Below, piece after piece: positions 48,248 to 58,039 of a stretch of 64,000 nt of DNA. The notes under the pieces were generated by a model that was not told the origin of the DNA, did no database searches, and worked only from the letters and a program-made list of their open reading frames with translations. Origin of the DNA: Spirochaetia bacterium (lineage in GTDB: Bacteria > Spirochaetota > Spirochaetia > DSM-2461); contig OY764216.1 of NCBI GenBank assembly GCA_963668315.1, positions 5,152,001-5,216,000 on the forward strand, in the 5' to 3' direction. Numbering within the stretch: position 1 is the first letter of the stretch; each line of letters starts with the position of its first letter. The translations under genes were made by a program, and so were the position numbers.

Positions 48248-48943
48248 CTAATTTTGTCCGTAATAGGCATTTTTCCCGTGTTTGCGGAAGTAATGCTTGT
48301 CGCACAGGGTCTTCTTGAGCCGGGGCGTCTCCGGGTTAATCTGTTCGGTAAGAACGGCCATTTTCGCCACCTCTTCCAGAACCACGCCGTTGTATACCGC
48401 CTTCGACTCATCCTTGCCCCAGGCGAAGGGTCCGTGGCAGGCGACCAGCACCATCTCCACCTCTTCGGGATTCAGACCGGCAAAGGCTTCCACAATCTGG
48501 TTCCCCGTCTCCGTCTCGTAATCGTTCACGATCTGGTCATCCCGCATCACCTCCGTGCAGGGGATATCCACAGCCAGATGATCGGCATGGGTGGTCCCGT
48601 AGATGGGCAGGGGCCGGCAGGCCTGAGACCAGGCGGTGGCGTAGGTGGAATGGGTATGAATAATGCCTCCGACGCTTTTAAAAGCCTTGTAAAGCACAAG
48701 ATGGGTGTTCGTGTCGGAAGAGGGTCTGAGCGTACCCTCCACCACGTTCCCGTCCATATCGGTCACCACGATATCGGCGGGGGTCAGTTTGTCATAGGCG
48801 ACACCGGAAGGCTTGATGGCCATCACCCCCCTCTCCCGGTCTATGGCGCTCACATTGCCCCAGGTAAAAACGGCCAGCCGATGAGCGGGTATCTGCATAT
48901 TCGCCACATAAACCCGTTCCTTGAGATCCTCGTATTTTCCCAT
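48248..48943 (-). CDS. araD: L-ribulose-5-phosphate 4-epimerase
   Basis: FTWGNVS, IKPSGV, PSSDT, HTHS, GTTHAD, RKHG.NAYYGQ. Confidence 0.98.
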   Translation of the reverse strand: MGKYEDLKERVYVANMQIPAHRLAVFTWGNVSAIDRERGVMAIKPSGVAYDKLTPADIVVTDMDGNVVEGTLRPSSDTNTHLVLYKAFKSVGGIIHTHSTYATAWSQACRPLPIYGTTHADHLAVDIPCTEVMRDDQIVNDYETETGNQIVEAFAGLNPEEVEMVLVACHGPFAWGKDESKAVYNGVVLEEVAKMAVLTEQINPETPRLKKTLCDKHYFRKHGKNAYYGQN

Positions 48944-48967
48944 GTATATCCTCCTGCCCCTTGCGGG

Positions 48968-49975
48968 TTAATCGGGTAAATTTTCCTTTGTTATTATCTG
49001 AGAAGCCAAAATCAGATCGCCCGGATTGTTCTCCCCCAGCATCAGGCAGCGGTACAGCAGCCTGACCGCCTGGAACCCCTGTTCCCGGGGCTGCTGGGTC
49101 AGAATGAAATCGATGGCCCCCGAAAGGACGCCTTTCCTGTTTTCATCCACCAGGTCGAAACCGATGAGGGGAACGGAGAGCAAATCCTTCTCGGTCAGAT
49201 AATCCGCCACATAATGGGCCGACGCATCCACCACATAGATGCCGCCGAGCCCCTCATGGATAACCCCGTCCAGGGAGGCGTAGAATTCCCCTCTGTCATG
49301 AAAAGCCTCTATGCCCGTGGTAAGAAGAACCGCTTCCCGGTCCACTCCGGAACGGAATCCGGCGATTCTCTCGGTAAGGTGATAATTTTCCGTCTCCGGG
49401 GCCAGAATGAGGAAATGATCCTCCCTCCCCGCGGCGAGAAGATTCATCAATTTGGCCGCCAGGACCCCACCCGAGCGGGAATCCTGCCCTACATAGGCGA
49501 TTCTGTCCGAATCCCTGATATCCGTATCGATAAAAATGAAGGGAACCTGCTTTTCCCGGAAGAGACAGGAGAAATCCTCGTTTCTCAGGGGGGACATAAT
49601 CATGCCGTCACATTCGAATTCGAGGGCCCGTTTTACCGCTTCCCTGCAGGAAGCGCGGTCATAACGGTCGAAGTGAAAATACTCCAGAGATACGCCGTAG
49701 GGGCTGAGCGCCGCCAGTGCCTCGTCCATTCCCGCCTTGGGAAGGGCCCAGTAGCTGCTGTCCTGTTCGGGATAGGGGATCAGGACGGCGAGGCGGCATG
49801 TCTGGGAGATGGAAAGATTCCGGGCCAGAAGATTCGGCTCATAGCCGAGTTCCTTCACCGCAGCATAGACCCTTTCAGCCGTATCGGCGCTGAATCGTCC
49901 CCGCTTATGGAGAATACGATCAACCGTTCCGGTGGATACACCGGCTAATTTCGCTACGTCCTTAATTGTCGCCAA
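48968..49975 (-). CDS. LacI-family regulator of the ara genes
   Basis: TTG start with GGAGG RBS; TIKDVAKLAGVSTGTVDR, YEPN..AR.L. Confidence 0.93.
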   Translation of the reverse strand: MATIKDVAKLAGVSTGTVDRILHKRGRFSADTAERVYAAVKELGYEPNLLARNLSISQTCRLAVLIPYPEQDSSYWALPKAGMDEALAALSPYGVSLEYFHFDRYDRASCREAVKRALEFECDGMIMSPLRNEDFSCLFREKQVPFIFIDTDIRDSDRIAYVGQDSRSGGVLAAKLMNLLAAGREDHFLILAPETENYHLTERIAGFRSGVDREAVLLTTGIEAFHDRGEFYASLDGVIHEGLGGIYVVDASAHYVADYLTEKDLLSVPLIGFDLVDENRKGVLSGAIDFILTQQPREQGFQAVRLLYRCLMLGENNPGDLILASQIITKENLPD

Positions 49976-49991
49976 ACAAACATCCTCCACC

Positions 49992-50067
49992 GCGGTACCG
50001 TACACGCCTTAATGCGTTACCGTTCACGCATAAATCAATCTTACTCCTTAAATCTGAAAATTGTCAA
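49992..50067 (-). promoter_or_regulatory. ara operon promoter with two LacI-type operators
   Basis: TTGACA (50067-62), 18 nt, TAAGAT; operators GCGTGAACGGTAACGC (50029-14) and GCGTGTACGGTACCGC (50007-49992). Confidence 0.7.
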
Positions 50068-50154
50068 GGAGAAAGTTTTCCCTTTCTCCCGCGGCCCCTT
50101 GTCTCAGACAAGAAGAAAATGGGAAAATTATTTAGTTTGTTTTGCCTATTTTTA

Positions 50155-50185
50155 TTGACTAATCCTATTTTTATGATTATTCTTT
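50155..50185 (+). promoter_or_regulatory. ahpC promoter with a possible degenerate PerR box
   Basis: TTGACT, 17 nt, TATTCT; TTATGAT-T-ATTCTTT overlaps the -10. Confidence 0.5.
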
Positions 50186-50214
50186 TCCCATCATAAATAA
50201 ACAAGGAGAATAAA

Positions 50215-50814
50215 ATGAGTGTATTAGTTGCGAGAAAAGCACCTGATTTTACAGCGCCCGCCGTAATGCCGGACGGTACAATAAATGAATCTTTTTCCCT
50301 TTCCGACCATGACGGAGAGTACAGAGTGGTCTTCTTCTGGCCCCTGGACTTCACTTTTGTCTGCCCATCGGAAATCATCGCCCACGATAAGAGGCTGGAG
50401 CAGTTCAAAGAGAGGGGCGTCCAGGTAATCGGCATATCCATCGATTCGCAGTTCACCCACTTCGCCTGGAAGAACACACCGGTAAACGAAGGAGGAATCG
50501 GTCCCGTTCAGTTTCCCGTCGTCTCCGATGTAACCCATGAAATAACGAAGAATTACGGGATAGAGCACCCCGACGGAGTGGCCATGAGAGCGTCTTTCCT
50601 GATCGATAAGGACGGAGTCGTCCAGCACCAGGTGGTCAACAATCTACCCCTGGGCCGGAACGTGGATGAAATGCTCCGTGTTGTCGATGCCCTGCAGCAC
50701 ACCGAAAAGTACGGTGAAGTCTGCCCGGCAGGCTGGAATAAGGGTGATGAGGCGATGAAAGCCTCCACCGACGGCGTGGCCGACTATCTTGCCAATCACG
50801 CGGTTAATTTATAG
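50215..50814 (+). CDS. ahpC: Typical 2-Cys peroxiredoxin
   Basis: PLDFTFVCPSE, GGIG, GRNVDE, GEVCPAGW. Confidence 0.97.
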   Translation: MSVLVARKAPDFTAPAVMPDGTINESFSLSDHDGEYRVVFFWPLDFTFVCPSEIIAHDKRLEQFKERGVQVIGISIDSQFTHFAWKNTPVNEGGIGPVQFPVVSDVTHEITKNYGIEHPDGVAMRASFLIDKDGVVQHQVVNNLPLGRNVDEMLRVVDALQHTEKYGEVCPAGWNKGDEAMKASTDGVADYLANHAVNL

Positions 50815-50846
50815 AAAATGCCCCTCCGAATAGGGGGGCTTTTTTA
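50815..50846. terminator. Probable bidirectional terminator between ahpC and pflA
   Basis: AAAAT-GCCCCTC...GGGGGGC-TTTTTT between convergent genes. Confidence 0.7.
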
Positions 50847-50863
50847 ACGTTCAGAGAAAAGCT

Positions 50864-51601
50864 TTATTCCGTCATGGGGATTCCCGCCTCAATAAAGCGG
50901 CGCCGGGTAATCTCCATGAACTCCCTCGATGGTATGGGAGTATCGCCGAGACGATAGGGAAGTCCTTCCTGCCCCCATTTTTCCTCCCCCATCTTATGAA
51001 AGGGAAGCAGTTCAAATCGCTTGAGAGAGGGAATCTCCTTAAGCAGGGAGAGAAGTGCATTCAGATCCTCCTCTCCGTCGGTCAGCCCGGGAACAACCAC
51101 GTGTCTGATCCACATATCCTTATTTATCTTCTTCAGATAATCCAGAATTTCCCTGTTCCTGTCGGGAAGCTGGCCGGTCACCCTTTTATTTAGTCCGGCA
51201 GAAGCCGCCTTGATATCCAGAAGGATTAGATCCGCTTCATCCAGACACTCACGAACAGCCTCCAGGGAAGCATGTCCCGCCGTATCCAGAGCGACGGCCA
51301 TCTTCTTTTTATGGGCCCGGCGGATTATATCCAGGGTGAACTCCGGCTGAAAAAGAGGATCTCCCCCGCTCAGGGTTATCCCCCCCCCGGAAGCGTCCAT
51401 CCAGGTGCGGTACTTCCAGGCTTCGCTGACGATCTCCTCCGAGGAGACCTCGCGGCCCCCTCCCCTTTTCCAGGTATCCGGGTTATGGCAGTAAAGACAG
51501 CGGAGGGGACAGCCCTGGAGAAAGACGACGAATCGCAGTCCCGGCCCGTCCACCATGCCGCCGGTCTCTATGGAATGTATCCGGCCCTTTACCGCTGTCA
51601 T
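50864..51601 (-). CDS. pflA: Pyruvate formate-lyase activating enzyme
   Basis: VDGPGLR, GCPLRCLYCHNPD, LLDIK, LLPFHKMG. Confidence 0.97.
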   Translation of the reverse strand: MTAVKGRIHSIETGGMVDGPGLRFVVFLQGCPLRCLYCHNPDTWKRGGGREVSSEEIVSEAWKYRTWMDASGGGITLSGGDPLFQPEFTLDIIRRAHKKKMAVALDTAGHASLEAVRECLDEADLILLDIKAASAGLNKRVTGQLPDRNREILDYLKKINKDMWIRHVVVPGLTDGEEDLNALLSLLKEIPSLKRFELLPFHKMGEEKWGQEGLPYRLGDTPIPSREFMEITRRRFIEAGIPMTE

Positions 51602-51613
51602 GAATCAGCCTCC

Positions 51614-53839
51614 TTATACAACGCTGTGGAATGTCCTGTTGATCACGTCCTGCTGCTGCTCCCGGGTCAGTTTGACGAAGTTTACCGCGTAACCGGAAAC
51701 CCGGATAGTCAGCTGGGGATACTTTTCGGGATGATCCATGGCATCGAGAAGAGTCTCCCTGTCCAGAACATTGATATTCACGTGGTGACCGCCGTCGAGG
51801 AAATAACCGTCCATCAGGCTGGTCAGATTCTTGACGCGGCTTCCCTCTTCCTTGCCCAGGGCTCCCGGCACGATGGAGAACGTATAGGAGATACCGTCGA
51901 TGGCGTGCTCGTAGGGCAGCTTGGCGATGGAGGAGAAACAGGCCAGGGCTCCGTGGGTGTCCCGCCCGTGAATGGGGTTGGCACCGGGCCCGAAGGGGGC
52001 GCCCGCTTTTCTTCCGTCCGGAGTGGAGCCGGTCTTTTTGCCGTACACCACATTGCTGGTGATGGTCAGGATGGACTGGGTGGGCTCGGCGTTCCGATAG
52101 GTTTTCTGATGGCGGAGCTTGTCCATGAACTGTTCCACCAGGGAAGAGGCGATCAGGTCCACCCGGTCGTCGTTGTTGCCGAAAGCGGGATACTCCCCCT
52201 CCACTTCGTAATCCACGGCCAGTCCCGTGTCATCCCGGATGACACGCACTTTCCCGTACTTGATGGCGGCCAGGGAGTCGGCGACAACCGAAAGCCCGGC
52301 GATGCCGCAAGCCATGGTTCGGTACACATTGTCGTCGTGGAGAGCCATCTGGAGGGATTCGTAGTTATACTTGTCATGCATGAAGTGGATGATGTTCAGG
52401 GTTTTGATGTAAAGGTTGGCAAGCCATTCCAGAATGACGTCATATTTCTCCATGACCTCGTCATAATCAAGGTATTCGGAGGTGATGGGCAGATACTGAG
52501 GAGCGATCTGCTCTCCGGTTTTCTCATCCCTTCCGCCGTTGATGGCGTAGAGGAGGGCCTTGGCCAGATTGGCCCGGGCGCCGAAGAACTGCATCTGCTT
52601 TCCCACTCTCATGGCTGATACACAGCAGGCGATGGCGTAATCGTCGCCGAAGTGGGTTCTCATCAGGCAGTCGTTCTCGTACTGGACGGCCGATGTGGTG
52701 ATGGATACCTTGGAACAGTAGTTCCGGAATCCCAGGGGAAGCCGGGGCGTCCAAAGCACGGTCATGTTGGGTTCGGGAGCGGGCCCCAGATTCTCCAGGG
52801 TATGGAGCATGCGGAAGCTGTTTTTCGTTACCAGAGTTCTGCCGTCCACGCCCATACCGCCGATGGCTTCGGTAACCCAGGTGGGGTCGCCGGAGAAGAG
52901 GGCGTCGTATTCGGGGGTTCTGAGGAAGCGCACCATACGCAGTTTGATGACGAACTGGTCCATCAGCTCCTGGGCGCCCTCTTCGGTCAGATCGCCCCTA
53001 TCGATATCCCTTTCAATATAAATGTCAAAGAAGGAGGACACACGTCCCAGGGACATGGCCGCACCGTCCTGATCCTTGATGGCTGCCAGATAGCCGAAGT
53101 AGGTCCACTGAATGGCCTCGCGGGCATCGGCGGCGGGCCGGGAGAGATCAAAGCCGTAGATGTTTCCCAGCTCCTTGAGATCGTTCAGGCTTTTAATCTG
53201 CTCGGTAAGCTCTTCCCGGGTCCGGATAACTTCCTCATCCATAATGGGAGTTTTCAATTTGGCGATAGAGTTTTTCTTCTCGGCGATAAGGTAATCCACA
53301 CCGTAAAGGGCCACCCGGCGATAGTCGCCGATGATTCTGCCCCGTCCGTAAGCATCGGGAAGACCGGTGAGGATACCGGAGTGACGGGCTTTCTTTATCT
53401 CGGCGGAATAGGCGCTGAAGACGCCGTCGTTGTGGGTTTTTCTGTGCTTGCCGTAGATCTCCTCCACGGCGGGGGAGAGCTCATAGCCGTGGGCATTCAG
53501 GGCGTTCTTCACAACCCGAAGGCCGCCCTTGGGCATGATGCCTCTCTTCAGGGGCTTATCGGTCTGGTACCCCACGATCAGCTCGCTCTCCTTGTCCACA
53601 TAACCGGGAGCATGGGAGACGATGGAGGAGGGAACCTGGGTTTCCGCATCGAGGATTCCCTTCTTCACCTCTTCCTTCATCAGTTCGGCCACCTGATTCC
53701 AGAGCTTCAGTGTCCTCTCCGTCGCCGGCTTCAAAAAGGATTCATCCCCTTCGTAGGGGGTGATGTTTCTCTGTATAAAATCTTTAACGTCAACCTTGTT
53801 ATTCCAGCTGCCCGTATTAAAATCGTTCCATTGTTCCAC
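51614..53839 (-). CDS. pflB: Pyruvate formate-lyase
   Basis: [32 protein letters not shown] glycyl-radical motif; GTG start with GGAGG RBS. Confidence 0.98.
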   Translation of the reverse strand: MEQWNDFNTGSWNNKVDVKDFIQRNITPYEGDESFLKPATERTLKLWNQVAELMKEEVKKGILDAETQVPSSIVSHAPGYVDKESELIVGYQTDKPLKRGIMPKGGLRVVKNALNAHGYELSPAVEEIYGKHRKTHNDGVFSAYSAEIKKARHSGILTGLPDAYGRGRIIGDYRRVALYGVDYLIAEKKNSIAKLKTPIMDEEVIRTREELTEQIKSLNDLKELGNIYGFDLSRPAADAREAIQWTYFGYLAAIKDQDGAAMSLGRVSSFFDIYIERDIDRGDLTEEGAQELMDQFVIKLRMVRFLRTPEYDALFSGDPTWVTEAIGGMGVDGRTLVTKNSFRMLHTLENLGPAPEPNMTVLWTPRLPLGFRNYCSKVSITTSAVQYENDCLMRTHFGDDYAIACCVSAMRVGKQMQFFGARANLAKALLYAINGGRDEKTGEQIAPQYLPITSEYLDYDEVMEKYDVILEWLANLYIKTLNIIHFMHDKYNYESLQMALHDDNVYRTMACGIAGLSVVADSLAAIKYGKVRVIRDDTGLAVDYEVEGEYPAFGNNDDRVDLIASSLVEQFMDKLRHQKTYRNAEPTQSILTITSNVVYGKKTGSTPDGRKAGAPFGPGANPIHGRDTHGALACFSSIAKLPYEHAIDGISYTFSIVPGALGKEEGSRVKNLTSLMDGYFLDGGHHVNINVLDRETLLDAMDHPEKYPQLTIRVSGYAVNFVKLTREQQQDVINRTFHSVV

Positions 53840-53921
53840 GGTTTCTGTACCTCCGTTGTTTATATTCTACGAGAATAATAGTAAATTTACCAATTTAAGT
53901 AAAATTAAATATTTTTATTTA

Positions 53922-53940
53922 TTATAAATTATGCTTATAA
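53922..53940. promoter_or_regulatory. LysR-type dyad between pflB and the ArgP-like gene
   Basis: TTATAA-ATTATGC-TTATAA containing T-N11-A, overlapping the regulator's -10. Confidence 0.6.
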
Positions 53941-53947
53941 TAGAGTC

Positions 53948-54838
53948 ATGTACGACCACAGACAACTGGAAGCTCTGGGAGCGGTGATAGAGTGCGGCGG
54001 ATTCGACCGGGCCGCCGATATGCTGGGCCTGACCCAGGCGGCGGTCACCCTGCGGGTAAAGCACCTGGAAAGAGATGCGGGCAAACCCCTGCTGATCCGC
54101 TCCAATCCCCCGGAACCGACTGCGGCGGGACGGCTTCTCCATAACCACTTCAGAAAGATCCGCCTGCTCGAGGAGGATCTGAAAAGCGAATGGGACGGGG
54201 AGATATCGGGCAAGCCCCTCTCACTGGGGGTCAACGCCTCCACTCTGGGAAGCTGGTTCCTCCCCATTCTCCGGCAGATCATGAAATCGACCCTGGTGGA
54301 TCTCCACGTGGGGGAAGCCAAAGTGGTTCATAACCTTCTCCAGCAGGGAGCTCTGGCCGGGTGCATCAGCATCAGAAGCAAAGCCTCCCGGGGCTGCTAC
54401 GTGGAGTTTCTGGGAAATCTTGTCCTTCGCTGCGTCTCCACGCGGGAGTTCAAGCAGAAGCATTTTCCCCAGGGCATTACCGCCCAGGCCATGGGAATTA
54501 CCCCGGCGGTCCTGTTCCACCCGGAAAGTCAGATGATGCGGTTCTTTCAGAAATCCGCCCTGAATATCGCCCCCTTCGATGTCCCGGCCCACTATATTCC
54601 GACCCAGCAGGAATCCCTGCAGCTTATCAGCGACGGGGCGGCCTACGGCTTTCTTCCCGATCCCCTCTTCCTGCGCTACCAGGCGGACCGGGGTCTTATC
54701 GATCTCTCTCCGGTGACTCCCATCGTGATTCCCCAGTACTGGCACCGCTGGGGAATTGAATCTGACCTCCTGACTCAGATCACCTTGAAACTGAGGGAAG
54801 AGGCCCGGCGGGATCTGCTGCAGGTCCCCCCGAACTGA
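53948..54838 (+). CDS. ArgP/LysG-subfamily LysR regulator
   Basis: QLEAL.AVIE.GGFDRAA..L..TQ.AV..RVK.LE...G.PLLIR, GVNA..L..WF, YWHRW..ES. Confidence 0.9.
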   Translation: MYDHRQLEALGAVIECGGFDRAADMLGLTQAAVTLRVKHLERDAGKPLLIRSNPPEPTAAGRLLHNHFRKIRLLEEDLKSEWDGEISGKPLSLGVNASTLGSWFLPILRQIMKSTLVDLHVGEAKVVHNLLQQGALAGCISIRSKASRGCYVEFLGNLVLRCVSTREFKQKHFPQGITAQAMGITPAVLFHPESQMMRFFQKSALNIAPFDVPAHYIPTQQESLQLISDGAAYGFLPDPLFLRYQADRGLIDLSPVTPIVIPQYWHRWGIESDLLTQITLKLREEARRDLLQVPPN

Positions 54839-54977
54839 CAGAAGATCACCTCCTGTACGGAATTTTCTCCCCCCGTTTCTATGTCCTTCGCCATGATTCT
54901 GCGGCGGGCGAACAAGGGGAATCTGGAAATTGCCTGCTCCCACACAGGAGGGCAAAGGACCGTGGCGGTCCTCTTTC

Positions 54978-55955
54978 TCAAGAGAGGGTCTCTCCTCTTC
55001 TCAGTCTTTCCCTGGCCCCGGACAGCAGAGCATCGGCTTTCTCCAGTTCTGAAAGCGCTTCTCTCTCCTTCCCGTCTGTAGAAAGGAGCCGGGTCATGGC
55101 CCCTCCGTTTATCACGATTCTCCTGTCCGCCATCAGGGCCAGGAGGGGATCGTGGGTGGCCAGAAAAACCATTTTTTCCCTCTTTACCAGAAGTTCCAGA
55201 GCCCGTTTCCGGTCCACCCCGGCGTTCTCTATCTCATCAATAAGGACGATGGGAGACCGGCTCAGACAGGCCGTATCGGCAATCATCAGCGCCCGGGACT
55301 GGCCTCCGGAAAGGCTGGTCAGGGGGGTGGTTCCCCGAAACGTTTCTCCGGCCAGCTCGTTGGCCAGCTCCACCACCTCCTTCGCCGTCTCTTCGGGGGA
55401 GCGGATAAGACGGCTCTCCCCGTGGAGCCTGATGAAATCGTAGGCGGTCGCATCCAGGACAAAGTTCATATTCTGGGAGATCTGGGCCACCAGTTTACGG
55501 TCCAGGGAGAATCGCACGCCCTTCTCCGGAATCTGTCCGTCGGGAAGGATGATCCGTCCCGTAGGCGTATCCCCTTGGGCCAGGCATTCGATATCCTCGA
55601 GCAGACGGCTTTTTCCGCTGCCCGTCGGACCGACGACGGAGATAACCTCCCCCGCTCTGATGAGAATCGATTCCACCGGTTCGGATCTGCCGTCCTTTCC
55701 CCTGCCGCTCCGTATCTCCAGGCTCGTAAGGCTCCGTGAAACGGAAAGGGACTCCATGGCCCTGACGAACTGCGCCATTTCCTCGAGGAAATCACTGCGG
55801 AGGACACCCTTCTCTTCCAGGAGTTCATCGTCCAGCCGGGCCAGATACTCCTGCGGATTTTCCCCGTCACCAGGCCGTTCCAGACCTCTGGTGGTGAAAA
55901 AATCCTCCAGATAGGGGTAGGTCTCCCGCAATTTTCCGTAGGCTGTTCCTTTCAT
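54978..55955 (-). CDS. ABC-type ATPase with N-terminal extension
   Basis: GPTGSGKS, SQNMNF, LSGGQ, LIDEIENAG, ATHD; ATG 55955 overlaps the upstream stop. Confidence 0.9.
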   Translation of the reverse strand: MKGTAYGKLRETYPYLEDFFTTRGLERPGDGENPQEYLARLDDELLEEKGVLRSDFLEEMAQFVRAMESLSVSRSLTSLEIRSGRGKDGRSEPVESILIRAGEVISVVGPTGSGKSRLLEDIECLAQGDTPTGRIILPDGQIPEKGVRFSLDRKLVAQISQNMNFVLDATAYDFIRLHGESRLIRSPEETAKEVVELANELAGETFRGTTPLTSLSGGQSRALMIADTACLSRSPIVLIDEIENAGVDRKRALELLVKREKMVFLATHDPLLALMADRRIVINGGAMTRLLSTDGKEREALSELEKADALLSGARERLRRGETLS

Positions 55956-56638
55956 GAAAAGCTCATCTCCCGGGTGATCCCTATCTGGTAATCCTTCCCC
56001 ACTCTCTTCTCTCCCAGGCAGTAGGAGCAGAGGGCGGTAGGCATGGAGAAACGGAGGGACAGCTCCTCCGAAGGGGCGGAACCGGGCATCTCTTCCAGCA
56101 GGGAGGCCATTTCCAGGATTCCCTGCCCGGTGAGTCCGTTCACCGATATAATCTGCGCCCGGGGAGCCGCCTGCCTGACCCGGTAGGCGAAGACTTCCCT
56201 CTCCGCCTGGGAGACGATATCCCCCTTGGTAACCACGACCAGATCGGCGAACCGCAGCATGGGGCCGGTTTTCCGGGGCGTATTCAGACCGCTGAGGGCA
56301 TCGATGACACAGACGGCGGGAATGCCCTTCATATGGGGGGCGCAGCGGTTGCAGAGGCCGGCGCTCTCGGTAATAAGCAAATCGGCCCCCTCTTTCCGGG
56401 CCCATTCGATCCCCTTACCGATATTGTTCACAAAAAAATGATCGGGACAGAGATTTCCCGCCAGCCCCGTCTCCAGGGGTATCTGATGACGGTCGTAGAT
56501 CTCCCGGTCCGACGAGGTGAGACAGTCGAACTTGATGACCGAGACCTTACGCGTCCGGGCGGTCTGCTCCCTGACCAGAGAGATGATGACGGAGGTTTTG
56601 CCGCTGGACGGCGGACCGGCTACGGTAATGAGTCTCAT
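55952..56638 (-). CDS. G3E-family (HypB/UreG/CobW-like) Cys-rich GTPase
   Basis: GPPSSGKT, KFDC, LCPDH, ESAGLCNRC, TKGD, CSYC. Confidence 0.9.
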   Translation of the reverse strand: MRLITVAGPPSSGKTSVIISLVREQTARTRKVSVIKFDCLTSSDREIYDRHQIPLETGLAGNLCPDHFFVNNIGKGIEWARKEGADLLITESAGLCNRCAPHMKGIPAVCVIDALSGLNTPRKTGPMLRFADLVVVTKGDIVSQAEREVFAYRVRQAAPRAQIISVNGLTGQGILEMASLLEEMPGSAPSEELSLRFSMPTALCSYCLGEKRVGKDYQIGITREMSFS

Positions 56639-57876
56639 GGGCGGCTCCGACGGGTCAGCTCCCGGCGCCTTTCCCTGTCCAGAGCCTCGGAATAGATGCA
56701 GTCGATCTCCTTTTTCATTTCCCCCACATCCCTATTCCGCACTCTGTCCCAGCCTATCCAGTAGAGGGACCGGTCGGCCGGAAATGAGGGGCTTTCGGGG
56801 GAAAAGGCCGAAGGAAACCACAGATCCTCGCAGAGCCGGGCCAGTTTTTCACCGCGGAGAAAATCCAGGATTTCTCTGAAACCGTCGGCCCTATCCCTCT
56901 TAACAAAGAGGGAGATGGGACTGGTGAAAGCGCCCTCCTCGGGAAAAACGATCTCCATCCGGTCCGTATTGACAATCCGTTTGGCGAAAAACCAGGGCAT
57001 AATGAAGAGGGTGGGACTATCCGGACGGGGGCTGTTGCCTATTTTGACCATTTCCGACGGATGGTAGCAGCCTTCGATATTCGCCGCCAGTTTCTCCAAT
57101 CCCTCCCGGCCGTACAGAAGGTAAAAGGGAAGGGAAACGGAGTGACAGAAGAAGTCCTCCTCCCCCCGAACGGCGATACTGCGGCTGAAGGCCGGGTCCA
57201 GAATATCTTCCCAGCGCTTCGGCAGGCTCCGGCCGCCCAGTTTCTCCCTGTCCGCCACAAGGACAAGAAGATTCGTGGCGATAAAAGAGTAGCGCGACTC
57301 GGGATCGACCATGCCGCTCCTTGCGAAGAGGGGATTGAGGACGGGCGGGGCGGGAAGAAACTGCCCCCCATCGACAAAGATCTCCTGGAACCGCTTATGA
57401 AAAAGGGTGTTGATGTCGGAGGTGATCATCAGATCGGGCAGCGAGTCGGGATCGTCAATGGTCTCCACATAGTCATAATAGGAGAGTTCGTGATTCACAT
57501 TCCCCTCAATGAGGGATTCCTGGCGGCGGCCCCACTCCTCGATGAAACTGTCGAAAAGACGGGTAAAGGGATTTCTGAGGCCGCAGGGCAGGAGGGCGAC
57601 CAGGGGAGGAAACCCTTTTCTCACATCATAGTCAGCCTCTTCCGCAAAAGGGACGGCCGCTTCCAGAGCCTGAAAAAAGAGTTCCTCGTTGATGCCCCAC
57701 ATCTCCAGGGCTTTTCCCAGGGTAAGATAGGGAGCGACGACCCGATAGGCGGCTTTGTCCCGGGGCATATTTCCCAGCCTGTCCCCGGTTCCTGCCAGGA
57801 GAATATCCTCCAGCTCGGGAAAAACACCGGCCGCATCCTTCAGAGTTTTTTTAAGCAGATCATTCTTTTCTATCAT
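56635..57876 (-). CDS. Periplasmic-binding-protein-fold protein without a signal peptide, with DUF1858-like N-terminus
   Basis: LPKRWEDIL.P, HPSEMVK, IMPWFF, FPEEGAFTSP; GAGGTG RBS favours ATG 57876. Confidence 0.8.
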   Translation of the reverse strand: MIEKNDLLKKTLKDAAGVFPELEDILLAGTGDRLGNMPRDKAAYRVVAPYLTLGKALEMWGINEELFFQALEAAVPFAEEADYDVRKGFPPLVALLPCGLRNPFTRLFDSFIEEWGRRQESLIEGNVNHELSYYDYVETIDDPDSLPDLMITSDINTLFHKRFQEIFVDGGQFLPAPPVLNPLFARSGMVDPESRYSFIATNLLVLVADREKLGGRSLPKRWEDILDPAFSRSIAVRGEEDFFCHSVSLPFYLLYGREGLEKLAANIEGCYHPSEMVKIGNSPRPDSPTLFIMPWFFAKRIVNTDRMEIVFPEEGAFTSPISLFVKRDRADGFREILDFLRGEKLARLCEDLWFPSAFSPESPSFPADRSLYWIGWDRVRNRDVGEMKKEIDCIYSEALDRERRRELTRRSRP

Positions 57877-57908
57877 TCCGTCACACCTCATTCGGGGGCT
57901 ATGGGAAT

Positions 57909-57952
57909 ATGATAAAAAAGGGGAGAAGCCATGTCAATATTAGCCATGGCTA
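57909..57952 (-). promoter_or_regulatory. Sigma70 promoter with an adjacent 12-bp palindrome
   Basis: TTGACA (57937-32), 17 nt, TATCAT (57914-09); TAGCCATGGCTA at 57941-52. Confidence 0.7.
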
Positions 57953-58039
57953 TACTTATTTGTAATTACTTACGGTTCGGTAGAAAGCTTCTCTCCTGTC
58001 TCCGGAAACATACTTGAAGGTATGTTTCTTGCACGGGAA

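Noticed and set aside
51272..53878. 448-aa and 408-aa plus-strand ORFs
   Set aside because: Antisense to pflA and pflB.
55956..56405. N-terminal 150 aa of the 475-aa ABC ORF
   Set aside because: Out-of-frame overlap with the GTPase gene; the likely start is ATG 55955.
57958..57976. HcpR or PerR box upstream of the trio
   Set aside because: Only one good half-site, and the spacing fits neither consensus.
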